Positions 9,304 to 23,651 of a stretch of DNA of 64,000 bases are shown in pieces. Location of the stretch: the NCBI GenBank assembly GCA_963827235.1, contig CAWHAE010000016.1, forward strand, positions 384,001 through 448,000. Reading direction: 5' to 3'. How positions within the stretch are numbered: the first letter of the stretch is position 1; every line of letters begins with the position of its first letter. The stretch is from an uncultured bacterium. GTDB lineage: Bacteria; Chloroflexota; UBA5177; JANWHV01. The notes under the pieces are model-generated. The model did no database searches. It saw only the letters and a program-made list of their open reading frames with translations, and was not told the origin of the DNA. The translations under genes and the position numbers were made by a program.

Positions 9304-9432
9304 CTACTCAGTCGGCTCGTTTGCCGTCTCCTTCACGCGGCTCTGGATGATCGGCGCTGCCTTCTCTTTCTTCTTGTTGGCCGATGTCTTCGGCTTGCGG
9401 ACTTCCTTGTGGCCCTTGTCTTTCGAGCCCAT
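9304..9432 (-). CDS. Small Lys-rich protein (42 aa, MGSKDKGHKEVRKPK...)
   Basis: GGGAG SD, upstream TACACT -10, A-rich Lys codons unusual for GC-rich non-coding DNA. Confidence 0.6.
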   Translation of the reverse strand: MGSKDKGHKEVRKPKTSANKKKEKAAPIIQSRVKETANEPTE

Positions 9433-9685
9433 GCTGGTGCTCCCTTCAGGTGAACCGCCCCCGAGATAGAAGTGTACGCGCTTTGCTGGGTTCGATGCGA
9501 GTGCCTGCGTGTACAAGAGCTCGCCAGGCCGGTAGATCGGAAGCCAACGGAGCTCGGCAGCATTAAGCGAGCCCGGCCATAGCCGCACGCTCGCGATATC
9601 TGGTCGACTGCAGGACATCCAGGCAGACTAAAGACAGAATTATCAACCAGTAATCCCCGAGCGATTGAGGAGGGGCAACACTGCG

Positions 9686-10738
9686 ATGCGGGCTATGCGA
9701 CTGCCCTGGTGGTCCTTCGTTTCACAGGCGCGCGACGGTGAGGTCAGCGAGCCCGGCGCGGCGATCGTGAAGGTGCTTCGATGGTTAGCGGTCGTGGCAT
9801 CGGTCGGCATGTGCCTGGTGCTGCAACAGGGAACGCTGGTCACCAATTCCGGCTCGGCGGCGGGATGCGGCAACACCTGGCCGCTCTGCCATGGCAAGAT
9901 CCTCCCGGAATTCAGCGGTGTGGGCGGCGCGGCTACCGCGATCGAATTCAGCCATCGCGCGGCCGTACCCGTTGAGAGCACGCTGGTCATCGCACTCGCA
10001 GCTGGCCTGCTCTGGGTATGGCGTCGCCGTCGCGAAGCCATGGTGCTTGCGCCGGCGATGATCTTCTTCCTCTTCCTGCAAGCGGTGCTGGGCGCTATGG
10101 CCGTCGCCTGGCCAACGTCGGCGGAAGTGCTTGCCGCGCACTTCGGTATCTCGCTGCTCGCTTTCGCGAGCATCGCCCTGGCGACGGCGTTCATCTGGGA
10201 GCTCAACGGCGCCGAAGTGTTGAGGGATCGGCCGTTGCCCAGCGGCATTCGCTGGGCTATCCGGGGGTTGCTGGTCTACACTTATGGCGTCGTCTACCTC
10301 GGAGCCTACGTACGCCACGTTGGTGCGAGTCTTTCCTGCCTCGACTGGCCGCTCTGTAATGGCCGGGTCGTTCCCCGCTTCGTGGGTGGAGTCGCCGCGC
10401 AGTTCAGTCACCGGGTAGGCGCCGGCCTGCTCGTCCTGGTCATTGCCGGCCTGTTCTTCGCACTCTACCGGGTGCGAGACCAACGTCCCGACCTTTTCAG
10501 AGCGGGAGCGGCATGCGTGGTGCTCGTCGTTCTCCAGGCACTGAGCGGTGCCCTGGTGGTTGAGACCCGCATCTCCGTCGTGAGCACGTTGGTACACGCT
10601 TTGCTGGTGAGCCTGCTATTCGTCGTGGAGGCCTACATGTGGCTTCACACCATCGAGCGCCCGGCCTCAGCGAGGTCGAATACCGCGGTTGGCTTGCGGA
10701 CGGCCGCCAAGCGCGAGCCGCGCCCTGCCGGCGCCTGA
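9686..10738 (+). CDS. ctaA: Heme A synthase (COX15/CtaA)
   Basis: CGNTWPLC...EFSHR and CLDWPLC...QFSHR duplicated halves with about 8 TM helices. Start uncertain (9686 ATG or 9767 GTG). Confidence 0.9.
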   Translation: MRAMRLPWWSFVSQARDGEVSEPGAAIVKVLRWLAVVASVGMCLVLQQGTLVTNSGSAAGCGNTWPLCHGKILPEFSGVGGAATAIEFSHRAAVPVESTLVIALAAGLLWVWRRRREAMVLAPAMIFFLFLQAVLGAMAVAWPTSAEVLAAHFGISLLAFASIALATAFIWELNGAEVLRDRPLPSGIRWAIRGLLVYTYGVVYLGAYVRHVGASLSCLDWPLCNGRVVPRFVGGVAAQFSHRVGAGLLVLVIAGLFFALYRVRDQRPDLFRAGAACVVLVVLQALSGALVVETRISVVSTLVHALLVSLLFVVEAYMWLHTIERPASARSNTAVGLRTAAKREPRPAGA

Positions 10739-10920
10739 GGGCGTTGTGTTCCCGGAGCGCGAGGGGTGACATGGCCGGCGCCGCCCGGAATGCAAGGGCC
10801 GCTGAAACCGGGAACTGGCCGCATCTCTTGGCGGGAGTGGCTGGAGATGCTGCGATCGATTTCGGGTTCGAAAGCCGCGCGATCTCGTCGATTTCCCGTC
10901 TTCCGGGGTCGAGGTCTATA

Positions 10921-11031
10921 TGCTACCTTGTATGGGATTACTCGTTGGCCGGGCAGGGAGCCGGGTCATGATACACAATTCGTCACGAGTTCTGATGAGT
11001 GGAGGCGCTTCGTAGGGGCGCCTCTTCTCTT
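10921..11031 (+). promoter_or_regulatory. Extended -10 promoter plus structured leader with a terminator-like hairpin upstream of MBL-pyrG
   Basis: TGcTACCTT (10921-10929). GAGGCGC..GCGCCTC stem followed by TTCTCTT (11002-11031), lying before the SD of the first gene. Confidence 0.45.
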
Positions 11032-11076
11032 ATGCGCTTGTTTTCGAACAGCGCCCGAAGTCCTTGGGAGACACAC

Positions 11077-15971
<4,895 letters not shown>

Positions 15972-16061
15972 CCGCGGTGCCACGGCTTCTTGCCTGGGCA
16001 TGACCGCGTTGTTCACGGACGGTTGCCGCGAAATGCTTCCAGGCCGTAAAATGGCGGCACC

Positions 16062-16568
16062 ATGGCAGTACGAGAAACGTCCACAGCACCGAAGCAGAAG
16101 CCGCAGGATTCCACGGTAGCGGGAAACCGGCGCGCTTATCACGACTATTTCATCGACGAGACGATGGAGGCCGGCCTTGTGCTCACCGGCACTGAGGTTA
16201 AGTCGGTCAGGGCCGGACGGGTGAACCTGCGCGAGGCTTACGCGCGCGTCGACAGAGGTGAGGCGTGGCTCTGGAACGCGCACATCTCGCCGTATGACCA
16301 CGGCAACCGTTTCAATCACGATCCGCAGCGCACGCGGAAGCTCCTCATGCACCGCTCGGAGATCTCGCGCCTCAACACGACGATCAAGAAGAAGGGCTAC
16401 ACCCTGGTGCCGCTGCGCATCTACTTTCGCCACAACGTCGCCAAGGTCGAGCTCGGACTGGCGCGAGGCAAGAAGCTCTACGACAAGCGGGATTCAATTG
16501 CCGAACGCGACGCGAAGCGAGACATCGAACGCGCCATACGAGGGCGGACAACAGGTCGCGACGACTGA
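16062..16568 (+). CDS. smpB: SsrA-binding protein
   Basis: [45 protein letters not shown]-18 nt-TAAAAT promoter ends 9 nt upstream. Confidence 0.99.
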   Translation: MAVRETSTAPKQKPQDSTVAGNRRAYHDYFIDETMEAGLVLTGTEVKSVRAGRVNLREAYARVDRGEAWLWNAHISPYDHGNRFNHDPQRTRKLLMHRSEISRLNTTIKKKGYTLVPLRIYFRHNVAKVELGLARGKKLYDKRDSIAERDAKRDIERAIRGRTTGRDD

Positions 16569-16669
16569 CGCCGGGATGCGCCGCGACACGCACGGTCCGG
16601 TGGACTGACCTTCGCGTCTCTTCGCCTGGACAAACGGCTCCGGCGCCGACAACACTGAGGCCGGAGGAA

Positions 16670-17560
16670 ATGCTCGTGCCGGGTATAACCGGAATCGACC
16701 ATGTGATTATCGCCGTCCAAGACTTGCCGTCCGCCGCCGCACTCTTCGCGGGCGTACTAGGCTTTCATGCCGGCGGGGGCGGCATACACCCCCAATTCGG
16801 CACGGCGAATCGCATCATCGTGGTAGGCGATGAGTATATCGAGCTGCTCGCCGCGCAGCCGGGAGAGCGACCGCGCGGATTGGTCGGCGGCGTGCTGGAC
16901 GGCGGTGAAGGGAACCTGGCCTGTATCCTCGCCGTTGCCGATCCGGCGGCCTTCGCGACTGAAGCGCGCGCCCGTGGTCTGGACGTAGCGGGACCGGCAG
17001 CCGGCAAACTCGATGCAGCCGGCGGCTTCAGCCGGGGCTGGCAAACCGTCATGCTCCCGCCGGGCGCTCTGCCCGGGGTGCCGTTTGTCATCCGGCACGA
17101 CACGGCAGGCGATGAGCGCCGGCGATTGCTTGCCGGTCCTCAGGGCCTGGCGCCACACGCCAACGCCGCCCGACGGGTTGCTGCCGTTACCATGGCAGTC
17201 AAGGACTGCCGCGCAAGCTGGAGCGCCGTCCGCGACCTGATCGGCGTCGAAGCCTGCATGGACGGGCGCGACCGGATGCTCGCTGCCGACACCATCACCC
17301 TGACGCTGCAGTCCGGCGCCACGATTGTGCTCGCTTCTCCCGTCGAGCCGGGTGCCGGCCCCGTAGCCGCACTCCTGGCCCAGCGCGGCGAGTCAGCGCT
17401 CTCGGTCACCATCGCGGTAGACGGGCTTCCCGGCGTTGTAGCCATGTTGCGGGGTCGAGGCGTCGGTGTACGAGTGGAGGAGCCCGGCGGGGTACTCGTG
17501 GCTGCTCAGCTGAATCAGCGCCACACCCTTGGCGCGCGCATTGGGCTCATCGGCGCCTGA
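16670..17560 (+). CDS. VOC/glyoxalase-like family protein
   Basis: IDHVIIAVQDL, GGIHPQFGTANRI, YIELL. GGAGG SD. Confidence 0.88.
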   Translation: MLVPGITGIDHVIIAVQDLPSAAALFAGVLGFHAGGGGIHPQFGTANRIIVVGDEYIELLAAQPGERPRGLVGGVLDGGEGNLACILAVADPAAFATEARARGLDVAGPAAGKLDAAGGFSRGWQTVMLPPGALPGVPFVIRHDTAGDERRRLLAGPQGLAPHANAARRVAAVTMAVKDCRASWSAVRDLIGVEACMDGRDRMLAADTITLTLQSGATIVLASPVEPGAGPVAALLAQRGESALSVTIAVDGLPGVVAMLRGRGVGVRVEEPGGVLVAAQLNQRHTLGARIGLIGA

Positions 17561-17571
17561 GATCGGCTGAC

Positions 17572-19176
17572 TCAGCTCTCGGTGAGTGACGTGCGCGGCA
17601 GCCATCCCTCGATACGCGACGCGGGTACGGCCACGTGGGCCCAGTGCGGCGTAAGGCTCAGCACGATCACGGGTGTGGCCCAAGATACGTGCGAGACCAC
17701 TTTGAAGCTGTTGCCAGGCCCGGCTCGCAGCGATACCGTGCTCACGGCAAGGCGAGCGTTGGCAGGCAGTACGGACTTCGCGGGCTTCACCGCGCCGGGG
17801 TAGCGGCCTGCCGTGGTCACGCTGGGCTTCATGTTGGTGTAGGACCTGGCTACCCACCCGGTGGTGTCGCCCGGCAGAATCACTGCCGCCCAGTGCGGGC
17901 TCACCTTAACGAGCTGCATCGACGTACCGCGATACACCGACCCAACCACCGGGTACCGCAGCCCAGGGCCTGAACGCACGTGGAGCACCTCGGCTTCGGC
18001 GACGATACTGACTCCGCCCCCGAGCGGCCGCGTCTGGCCCGGCTTCGCCAGGTAGCGGGAAAGCACCCAGCCGCTTGTTCCTTCTCGCGTCGATACCTGG
18101 GTCCAGTGCGCGGTGCGCGCGCGTACCGACACCAGGTCGCCGTCGAAGCAGAGCCCAAGCACCGGCTTGTTCTGGCCGGGACCGGCGTGTATGTGCAGGC
18201 CGTCGGCTCCAACCGTAGCCACCGGTCCGTGCGGAGGCCACGGTGAATCCCAGTAGCCGTATCCCGACACCCAGTCGCGGTTGACCCAGCCCTTCACCTG
18301 TTGCGGCAGCGCCACGTTGAGCCACTGCCCGCTCGCCTTCAGGAAGCCAAGCTTCGCTCCCCGCAAGGCGACGCCAAGAGTTCGATAGCTCGTGCTGGGG
18401 CCGGCACGCACGTTGAGCCCATTGTCGACGTCGACCACCACGTAGTGCTTGTACTCGGCCAGAAATGCATGCAGCACGGAGTCGGCCTCTGCAGGCCACT
18501 CGGGAATTGCCTGCCCGCCCGGCGTGATCAGCACGAGCGGATTGATCGAGTGCGCCGCCACGAATGCGAGCGGATCGAAGAACGGCGCGATCAATGCCTG
18601 ATTGCCGAACGTGTAGCCCGGGCCGCCACCATCGAAAGTCTTGATCTCAAAGTGCAGGTGCGCGCCGTTGGCGAACCCGGTCGCCCCTACCAGCCCAAGG
18701 ATCTGGCCCTGGCTGACAGTCTCACCGGCGTAGACCTGAAGGCTCCCGTACTGCATGTGCTCGTACTGTGAGTACACATAGGAGCCGCTCGGCAGGAGGT
18801 GACGAATCCGGACCGTAACGCCGTAGCCGCTGTCATATTGTGCCTCGGTAACAACGCCTGCTGCCGTGGCATGGACGTTGGCGTCGGTGCCGTCGCTGGC
18901 GAGGTCCACTCCAGTATGCCCGCAGTAGTACAGGCCATAATCGTAGTAGCCCTGGTTGAGCGACGGGTCACATGAATCGTTGAAGCCCTGCGTGATGTAG
19001 TACCCGTTTCCGTTCGATTTACTCCAGGTGGGCGCCACGTCGGCATTCCCGACCGGATAGATGAAGGTGGTAGCTACCGGGTCAGACTGAATGGTGCGCG
19101 CATCCGCCAGCGCTGGGCTCAAGCACGTGGTGAGGCACACCGAGACCACCAGCAACAGCCCTCGAGCGAACACCAC
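17572..19176 (-). CDS. Secreted M23 peptidase with four C-terminal SH3b domains
   Basis: Signal peptide, HTGVD and HLHF zinc motifs, four 'L.VR.GP...W...GW' repeats. GAGGAG SD. Confidence 0.92.
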   Translation of the reverse strand: MVFARGLLLVVSVCLTTCLSPALADARTIQSDPVATTFIYPVGNADVAPTWSKSNGNGYYITQGFNDSCDPSLNQGYYDYGLYYCGHTGVDLASDGTDANVHATAAGVVTEAQYDSGYGVTVRIRHLLPSGSYVYSQYEHMQYGSLQVYAGETVSQGQILGLVGATGFANGAHLHFEIKTFDGGGPGYTFGNQALIAPFFDPLAFVAAHSINPLVLITPGGQAIPEWPAEADSVLHAFLAEYKHYVVVDVDNGLNVRAGPSTSYRTLGVALRGAKLGFLKASGQWLNVALPQQVKGWVNRDWVSGYGYWDSPWPPHGPVATVGADGLHIHAGPGQNKPVLGLCFDGDLVSVRARTAHWTQVSTREGTSGWVLSRYLAKPGQTRPLGGGVSIVAEAEVLHVRSGPGLRYPVVGSVYRGTSMQLVKVSPHWAAVILPGDTTGWVARSYTNMKPSVTTAGRYPGAVKPAKSVLPANARLAVSTVSLRAGPGNSFKVVSHVSWATPVIVLSLTPHWAHVAVPASRIEGWLPRTSLTES

Positions 19177-19224
19177 CTGCCTCCTCAGATACTCTGGATC
19201 GCGCCGAGCGCACGACCCCCCGCA

Positions 19225-19253
19225 ACTGTAGCAGCGAGCTTGGCGGCAGTCAA
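19225..19253 (-). promoter_or_regulatory. sigma-70 promoter of the M23/SH3 gene
   Basis: Minus strand TTGACT-17 nt-TACAGT with extended TG. Confidence 0.7.
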
Positions 19254-19293
19254 CGACGCTATTCACAGGCTGACCGTGCAACGGAATGTGAAA

Positions 19294-19322
19294 TTGACAA
19301 CGGCGGAGCCGGTTGGTAGGTT
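19294..19322 (+). promoter_or_regulatory. Candidate sigma-70 promoter (distal)
   Basis: TTGACA-17 nt-TAGGTT. Confidence 0.55.
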
Positions 19323-19553
19323 GGGTGTATCGCCAGTTTCAAGCCGTCGCGGCGGCGGCCGTTCGCGCGTGGGGCGGGTTAGGGAGGCGCGGGCAGGCTG
19401 GCCGACCCGTTACGGACTTAGGCACATGGCGCCGTTCGGTGCATATCCGGCGAGACGGGATCATGTCGGCATGGAAGAATTGGGATCTACGGACATGCGG
19501 GCATGCGAATTCACAGATCGCACGTGCAGCGACCGGGGGGTGAGCCGATCCTA

Positions 19554-19582
19554 TTGACAAGGCAGAGACTCGGACATACGAT
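19554..19582 (+). promoter_or_regulatory. sigma-70 promoter (proximal) for the small ORF plus response regulator
   Basis: TTGACA-17 nt-TACGAT. Confidence 0.75.
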
Positions 19583-19666
19583 TGCGGGGCTGATAGCCTT
19601 GCTGAGCTCGTGCAGTGAACCTGGCGGCTGTGCGTGGCCGATCGGCGACAAATGGAGTCCTCGAAC

Positions 19667-19837
19667 ATGGTAAACGACCTGATATCGTACTTCGCGTCGT
19701 TCAACCCATTCATCTTCGGAACCGCATTTTCTCTCGGCTTTATGATATTGGTGAGAACACCGGACAGGCTGTGGCGAGCAGCATCGGGTATTCAGGAGTC
19801 GACCGCCGTAAGGTCTCTGCTGCGGCGAAATAGATGA
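19667..19837 (+). CDS. Small single-pass membrane protein (56 aa)
   Basis: GGAG SD, hydrophobic 'LISYFASFNPFIFGTAFSLGFMILV', stop overlaps the next ATG (ATGA). Confidence 0.55.
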   Translation: MVNDLISYFASFNPFIFGTAFSLGFMILVRTPDRLWRAASGIQESTAVRSLLRRNR

Positions 19838-20274
19838 ACCCGGCTGAGGGTAAGAGTGTCGGAAACGTGAGTCAGAAACCATATCGTGTCCTCGTCGTGG
19901 ACGACGAGCCCGACCTCGTGGTGCTTCTGGAAGAACACCTGACGCACGAGGGGTACGAGGTTGTGAGTGCTACCAGCGGCATGCAGGCTATATCCAGGGC
20001 ACGGGAGGATCATCCCGACGTCATACTGCTCGACGTCATGATGCCGGGAGTCAGCGGCTTCGATGTGTGCAACATTCTGCAGGACTACCCTGACACCGCT
20101 AGCATCCCGGTGATCTTCCTCACCGCGGTGGCGGAGACGAAGCGGAAAGTGATGGGCCTGAACCTCGGAGCCGACGACTACATCACCAAGCCGTTCGACC
20201 TCCACGAGCTGGCTGCCAGGGTGCAGGCGGCCCTCCGACCGCGCATGCAGGACGTCGAGGAGAGCCCTCAGTAG
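19834..20274 (+). CDS. Single-domain response regulator (receiver)
   Basis: VLVVDDE, ILLDVMMP, IFLTA, YITKPF. No output domain. Confidence 0.92.
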   Translation: MNPAEGKSVGNVSQKPYRVLVVDDEPDLVVLLEEHLTHEGYEVVSATSGMQAISRAREDHPDVILLDVMMPGVSGFDVCNILQDYPDTASIPVIFLTAVAETKRKVMGLNLGADDYITKPFDLHELAARVQAALRPRMQDVEESPQ

Positions 20275-20547
20275 CCCACACGCGCGGCCTCGCATAGGCG
20301 AGGTCCCGACCTCGGGCCACAGTGCCATTGCGTCTCCTCGAGCGGCACAGCCGGCCGCCCCGCGACCGCTTGGTGCCTCCGATCGCAGATCTTCAGCTGG
20401 CCGGGCCCGCCACAACCCGAAGTGAGGCATCCACGCCCGGGCCGTGTCCTGGATCGCTCGCGAGAAGGTTGTCGCGCATGAATATGGCCGGCCGGTGCAA
20501 CAACTGTGCTGACACCGGTGCGCTGTTCTGCTACAGTACATCTCGCC

Positions 20548-22569
20548 ATGCTGACAGCCGAGAGACGGACAGCAAGCCAGAGAGCAATGGCGTGGCGTGC
20601 CACAACGGCAGCCGCGCGTCATCGACGTGCCTACTTCGAGGAGCTTTCGCTTTTCGCGCTGCTCCTCCCCCTGATCGTAGGAGCAGCCGTCGTCCTGGAG
20701 CTGCAGCGAGAACAGCAGCGGGGCTCGGCCGACCTGGCCCTACTGGGAGCGACGATTGCTTGTGCGGCCGGACTGATCTCTCGTATTGACTGGCGTCGCC
20801 GGGAGCGCCCGCCCTTGGCCCTCGTGCGCATTGCCCGCACGATTCGGCCGGGACTTCCCGCCCTGGCAGCGGTCGCACTTTCCACCATGGCCGCCGTGCT
20901 CACGGCGTTCTCGACCGGCGCTGTGCTGGCGACACTTGCCTGGATCGGCGGAATGGTTTTCTTGCTCGCCTATGCCGTGGTGCTCGAGCGTCCGAAACTG
21001 CACTGGCCCACACCCATCGATGCCGTGAGCATCTTCGGGCTCGTCGTGCTGGCCCTGGCCCTTCGTTTGCCGCATCTCACGACTCTGCCATCATTCATAC
21101 ATTCCGACGAGGCCCAGATGGGTCTGAAGACACGTCTGGCATTCGAGGGCGGTATGCCCACTATTTTCGGCACGACGGACTGGTGGAGCGTGCCCTGGCT
21201 CGGACCCGCACTGCAGGCACCGCTCCTGCTGTTCTTCGGTGACGGGTTAACGGCCATCCGCACGGCCTCGGTGATCTGCGGTGTGCTGGCCACAGCCGGA
21301 ATCTGGTTCCTTGGATCAGAGATGTGGTCGAGGAGGGCCGGCTTCGTGGCTGCGCTGCTCTTCGCGGTGATGGCTCCCAGCGTGCAGTTCAGCCGGGACG
21401 GCGTCCACTACATGCAGAGCATCGCCGCGCTCGTCTGGACGGTGTTGTGCTACACGAGGGCTACCAAGCGGTATTCGGGCGCCTACGCGGCCCTTACGGG
21501 CATTCTGGTGGGCGTAGACGTCCAGCTCTACTACGCCGCCCGGCTCGCCGTGCCGTTGATCATGGTGCACGCAGCGGTTAGGGCACTTGTCGAGCGCGGG
21601 CTGCTCAGGAACTGGATCAGGCTCATGCTGTGGACCGGGCTGGGAGTGCTGGTCACGTTCCTACCGATGGCCATGTACTATGTCATGCATCCTGCTGCCT
21701 TCGGTCAGCGTACCGACGCCGTCTTCATCTTTTCCTCCGCCGCGCTTGCCAAGGGTGCCATGTTGAACGACTACGGGCACGCCGGCTGGCTCGACATTCT
21801 GTTGCGGCAGGCACAGCGCGTCGTGCTTGGCTTCCTATCGATCGGAGATAGAAGCGATCAGTACGGGGCTCGCTCCGCGTTGCTCGACCCGGTGACCGCC
21901 GCGATGGTGCCCGCCGCGGTCGCGCTGGCCATCGCGCGCGCCAAGCAGTCGCCCTGGCTGCTCTGTGTGTCCTGGGCCGCGATCACCCTCGTGCTGGGCG
22001 GCATACTCACGACCTACCAGCCTGACGCGCCGCGACTTCTGCCTGCGCTCCCGGCAGTCTGCCTGCTGATTGGCGGACTGGCGCACACGGTGCTCGACAC
22101 CGCAGGCCAAACGGGTCTGCGCGACGCCAAGCCACTGCTGGCGATCGCCCTCGCAGGAGCGCTCGTGGCCGCGGGATCCATGAATGCGACGGCCTACATT
22201 CAGGAATATCCGGCCCAGGTGGCCGACCAGCAGGTCACATTGATCACCGACGTGGCGCGCTTCCTGAGCGCCGAGCCCGGCGGCCGACCCGTCATTCTCT
22301 ACGACCACCGCGAATTCTATCTTGGCCACTGGACCATCCAGCTGCTGGCTCCTCAGGTGACGGGAACGACCGTGTGGACGGACAACCAACTCGAATCTGC
22401 GCTGGCACGCCAGCGCCAAGGTTTCATGGTCATGGCGGTCGATGAGCCGGGCGCTGATCTGGCGCGTGTGGAGGCCGAATATCCCGGCGGTGCCGTGCAG
22501 AGACCGGCTATCCACGACGGCCGGCACTCCGTAGTCACATACCTCTACCTGGGAGACGGAATCTCGTAG
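20548..22569 (+). CDS. GT-C (family 39/ArnT-like) membrane glycosyltransferase
   Basis: Multi-TM protein with 'ALALRL...HSDE' and 'RAGFVAALLFAV' motifs. CTGACA-17 nt-TACAGT promoter ends 10 nt upstream of the ATG. Confidence 0.85.
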   Translation: MLTAERRTASQRAMAWRATTAAARHRRAYFEELSLFALLLPLIVGAAVVLELQREQQRGSADLALLGATIACAAGLISRIDWRRRERPPLALVRIARTIRPGLPALAAVALSTMAAVLTAFSTGAVLATLAWIGGMVFLLAYAVVLERPKLHWPTPIDAVSIFGLVVLALALRLPHLTTLPSFIHSDEAQMGLKTRLAFEGGMPTIFGTTDWWSVPWLGPALQAPLLLFFGDGLTAIRTASVICGVLATAGIWFLGSEMWSRRAGFVAALLFAVMAPSVQFSRDGVHYMQSIAALVWTVLCYTRATKRYSGAYAALTGILVGVDVQLYYAARLAVPLIMVHAAVRALVERGLLRNWIRLMLWTGLGVLVTFLPMAMYYVMHPAAFGQRTDAVFIFSSAALAKGAMLNDYGHAGWLDILLRQAQRVVLGFLSIGDRSDQYGARSALLDPVTAAMVPAAVALAIARAKQSPWLLCVSWAAITLVLGGILTTYQPDAPRLLPALPAVCLLIGGLAHTVLDTAGQTGLRDAKPLLAIALAGALVAAGSMNATAYIQEYPAQVADQQVTLITDVARFLSAEPGGRPVILYDHREFYLGHWTIQLLAPQVTGTTVWTDNQLESALARQRQGFMVMAVDEPGADLARVEAEYPGGAVQRPAIHDGRHSVVTYLYLGDGIS

Positions 22570-22708
22570 CCCTGCCTTCCCAGCGGCAGATGGATCTCAC
22601 GCTGCATTGGTTCCCCGGAGACCAGCTCAGCGGCTGGTAACCGGCTGTCGGAGACTCCGGCGTCAGTGTCGAGCTCGCGGCAGGCCTGCGCGCATGGGCT
22701 GCCGGACC

Positions 22709-23245
22709 TCAGTTCGGCTGCGTGAGCATCTCCTGGTAGACGAAGGTTGGCCCATTGGGACTGCGCGTGTCTATGGCGATGCCGATGTCGCTGTCGCCGG
22801 TTGAGTACTCGGTGTACAGGTAGTTCGCCGCGTACGGATCGAGGGCGTCGCCGATGGCAAATGCGGCGGGGAGGTTCTGGAGCGCCTCGGGCGCCTTTGC
22901 CGGCAAGATCGTCTGCGCCTGGTCGAGGAATCCACCCACCTGGTGCGTGTAGCCGCTAAGTGCGGTTCGATAGAAGTGAATGAGCTGGACCGGCGTGTCT
23001 TTCGATCGGTAGAGCGCCGTCTGCAACACGAAGTTACCCTGCAACATGTCGGTCTCCGACCGTTGGGCGAGTATGGTAGCGCTCGGTGGCGCCGCGGGTA
23101 ACGGTGGCGGGTTCCCGGATGTGTTGCTCAGCCATACGGAGTATCCGGCGCCCGCCAAGATCACCAGCAAGGCGAACCCGCCGACCCAGACTCCCAGAAA
23201 GCGGTTGCGGCTTCGAACCGCGGAAATCTCCAGTGTGCCTATCAC
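22709..23245 (-). CDS. Hypothetical membrane-anchored exported protein
   Basis: N-terminal TM helix, Pro-rich linker, globular C-terminal part, GC3-biased codons. Confidence 0.75.
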   Translation of the reverse strand: MIGTLEISAVRSRNRFLGVWVGGFALLVILAGAGYSVWLSNTSGNPPPLPAAPPSATILAQRSETDMLQGNFVLQTALYRSKDTPVQLIHFYRTALSGYTHQVGGFLDQAQTILPAKAPEALQNLPAAFAIGDALDPYAANYLYTEYSTGDSDIGIAIDTRSPNGPTFVYQEMLTQPN

Positions 23246-23275
23246 CTGCCGACCTCGAACTTCGTTCCAGCATCA

Positions 23276-23316
23276 CGGGGTCCGGATGACCGCCGGCCGG
23301 CGGTCTCCGGACCCCG
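23276..23316. repeat. 41-bp near-perfect palindrome
   Basis: CGGGGTCCGGA(t)GACCGCCGG|CCGGCGGTCTCCGGACCCCG with a single bulge. Confidence 0.8.
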
Positions 23317-23651
23317 CACCCAGCACCGCGCTGTCCACTTCGAATATGCCTGAAAACGGCATGGATCTGCTACCCAGGGAAAGTCATTCAAGGTGCCTGA
23401 AGGCAAATGAGCGAGCCTAGCATGGCCAGAGCTCGACGCGCATACCATGCATATCACAGATATCGTCGCGGCAACACTCGCGAGCCCGCGGCCATCCAGG
23501 CGCCGGGGCGCTACCGCCCCAGACGTGCGGCGATGAGCTATCGCGGCACGCGGAACAGTGGCGCCGAGCGCTGCTCCGCGTCGGCGCCAGCTAGTCGCGC
23601 CGTGAGGCGATCCCACACTTGTTCTGGCCAACAGCGTTGCTGCGCGGGCGC

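Noticed and set aside
10992-10999. CTGATGAG resembling a hammerhead ribozyme core
   Set aside because: No GAAA after the following stem and no stem I/III arrangement.
19180-19550. Possible c-di-AMP (ydaO) riboswitch upstream of the M23/SH3 hydrolase
   Set aside because: The promoter lies about 50 nt from the start codon, leaving no room, and no ydaO consensus is visible.
23320-23650. Short ORFs in the intergenic gap (23242-23631, 23407-23688)
   Set aside because: Arg/Ala-rich low-information translations without an SD or motifs.
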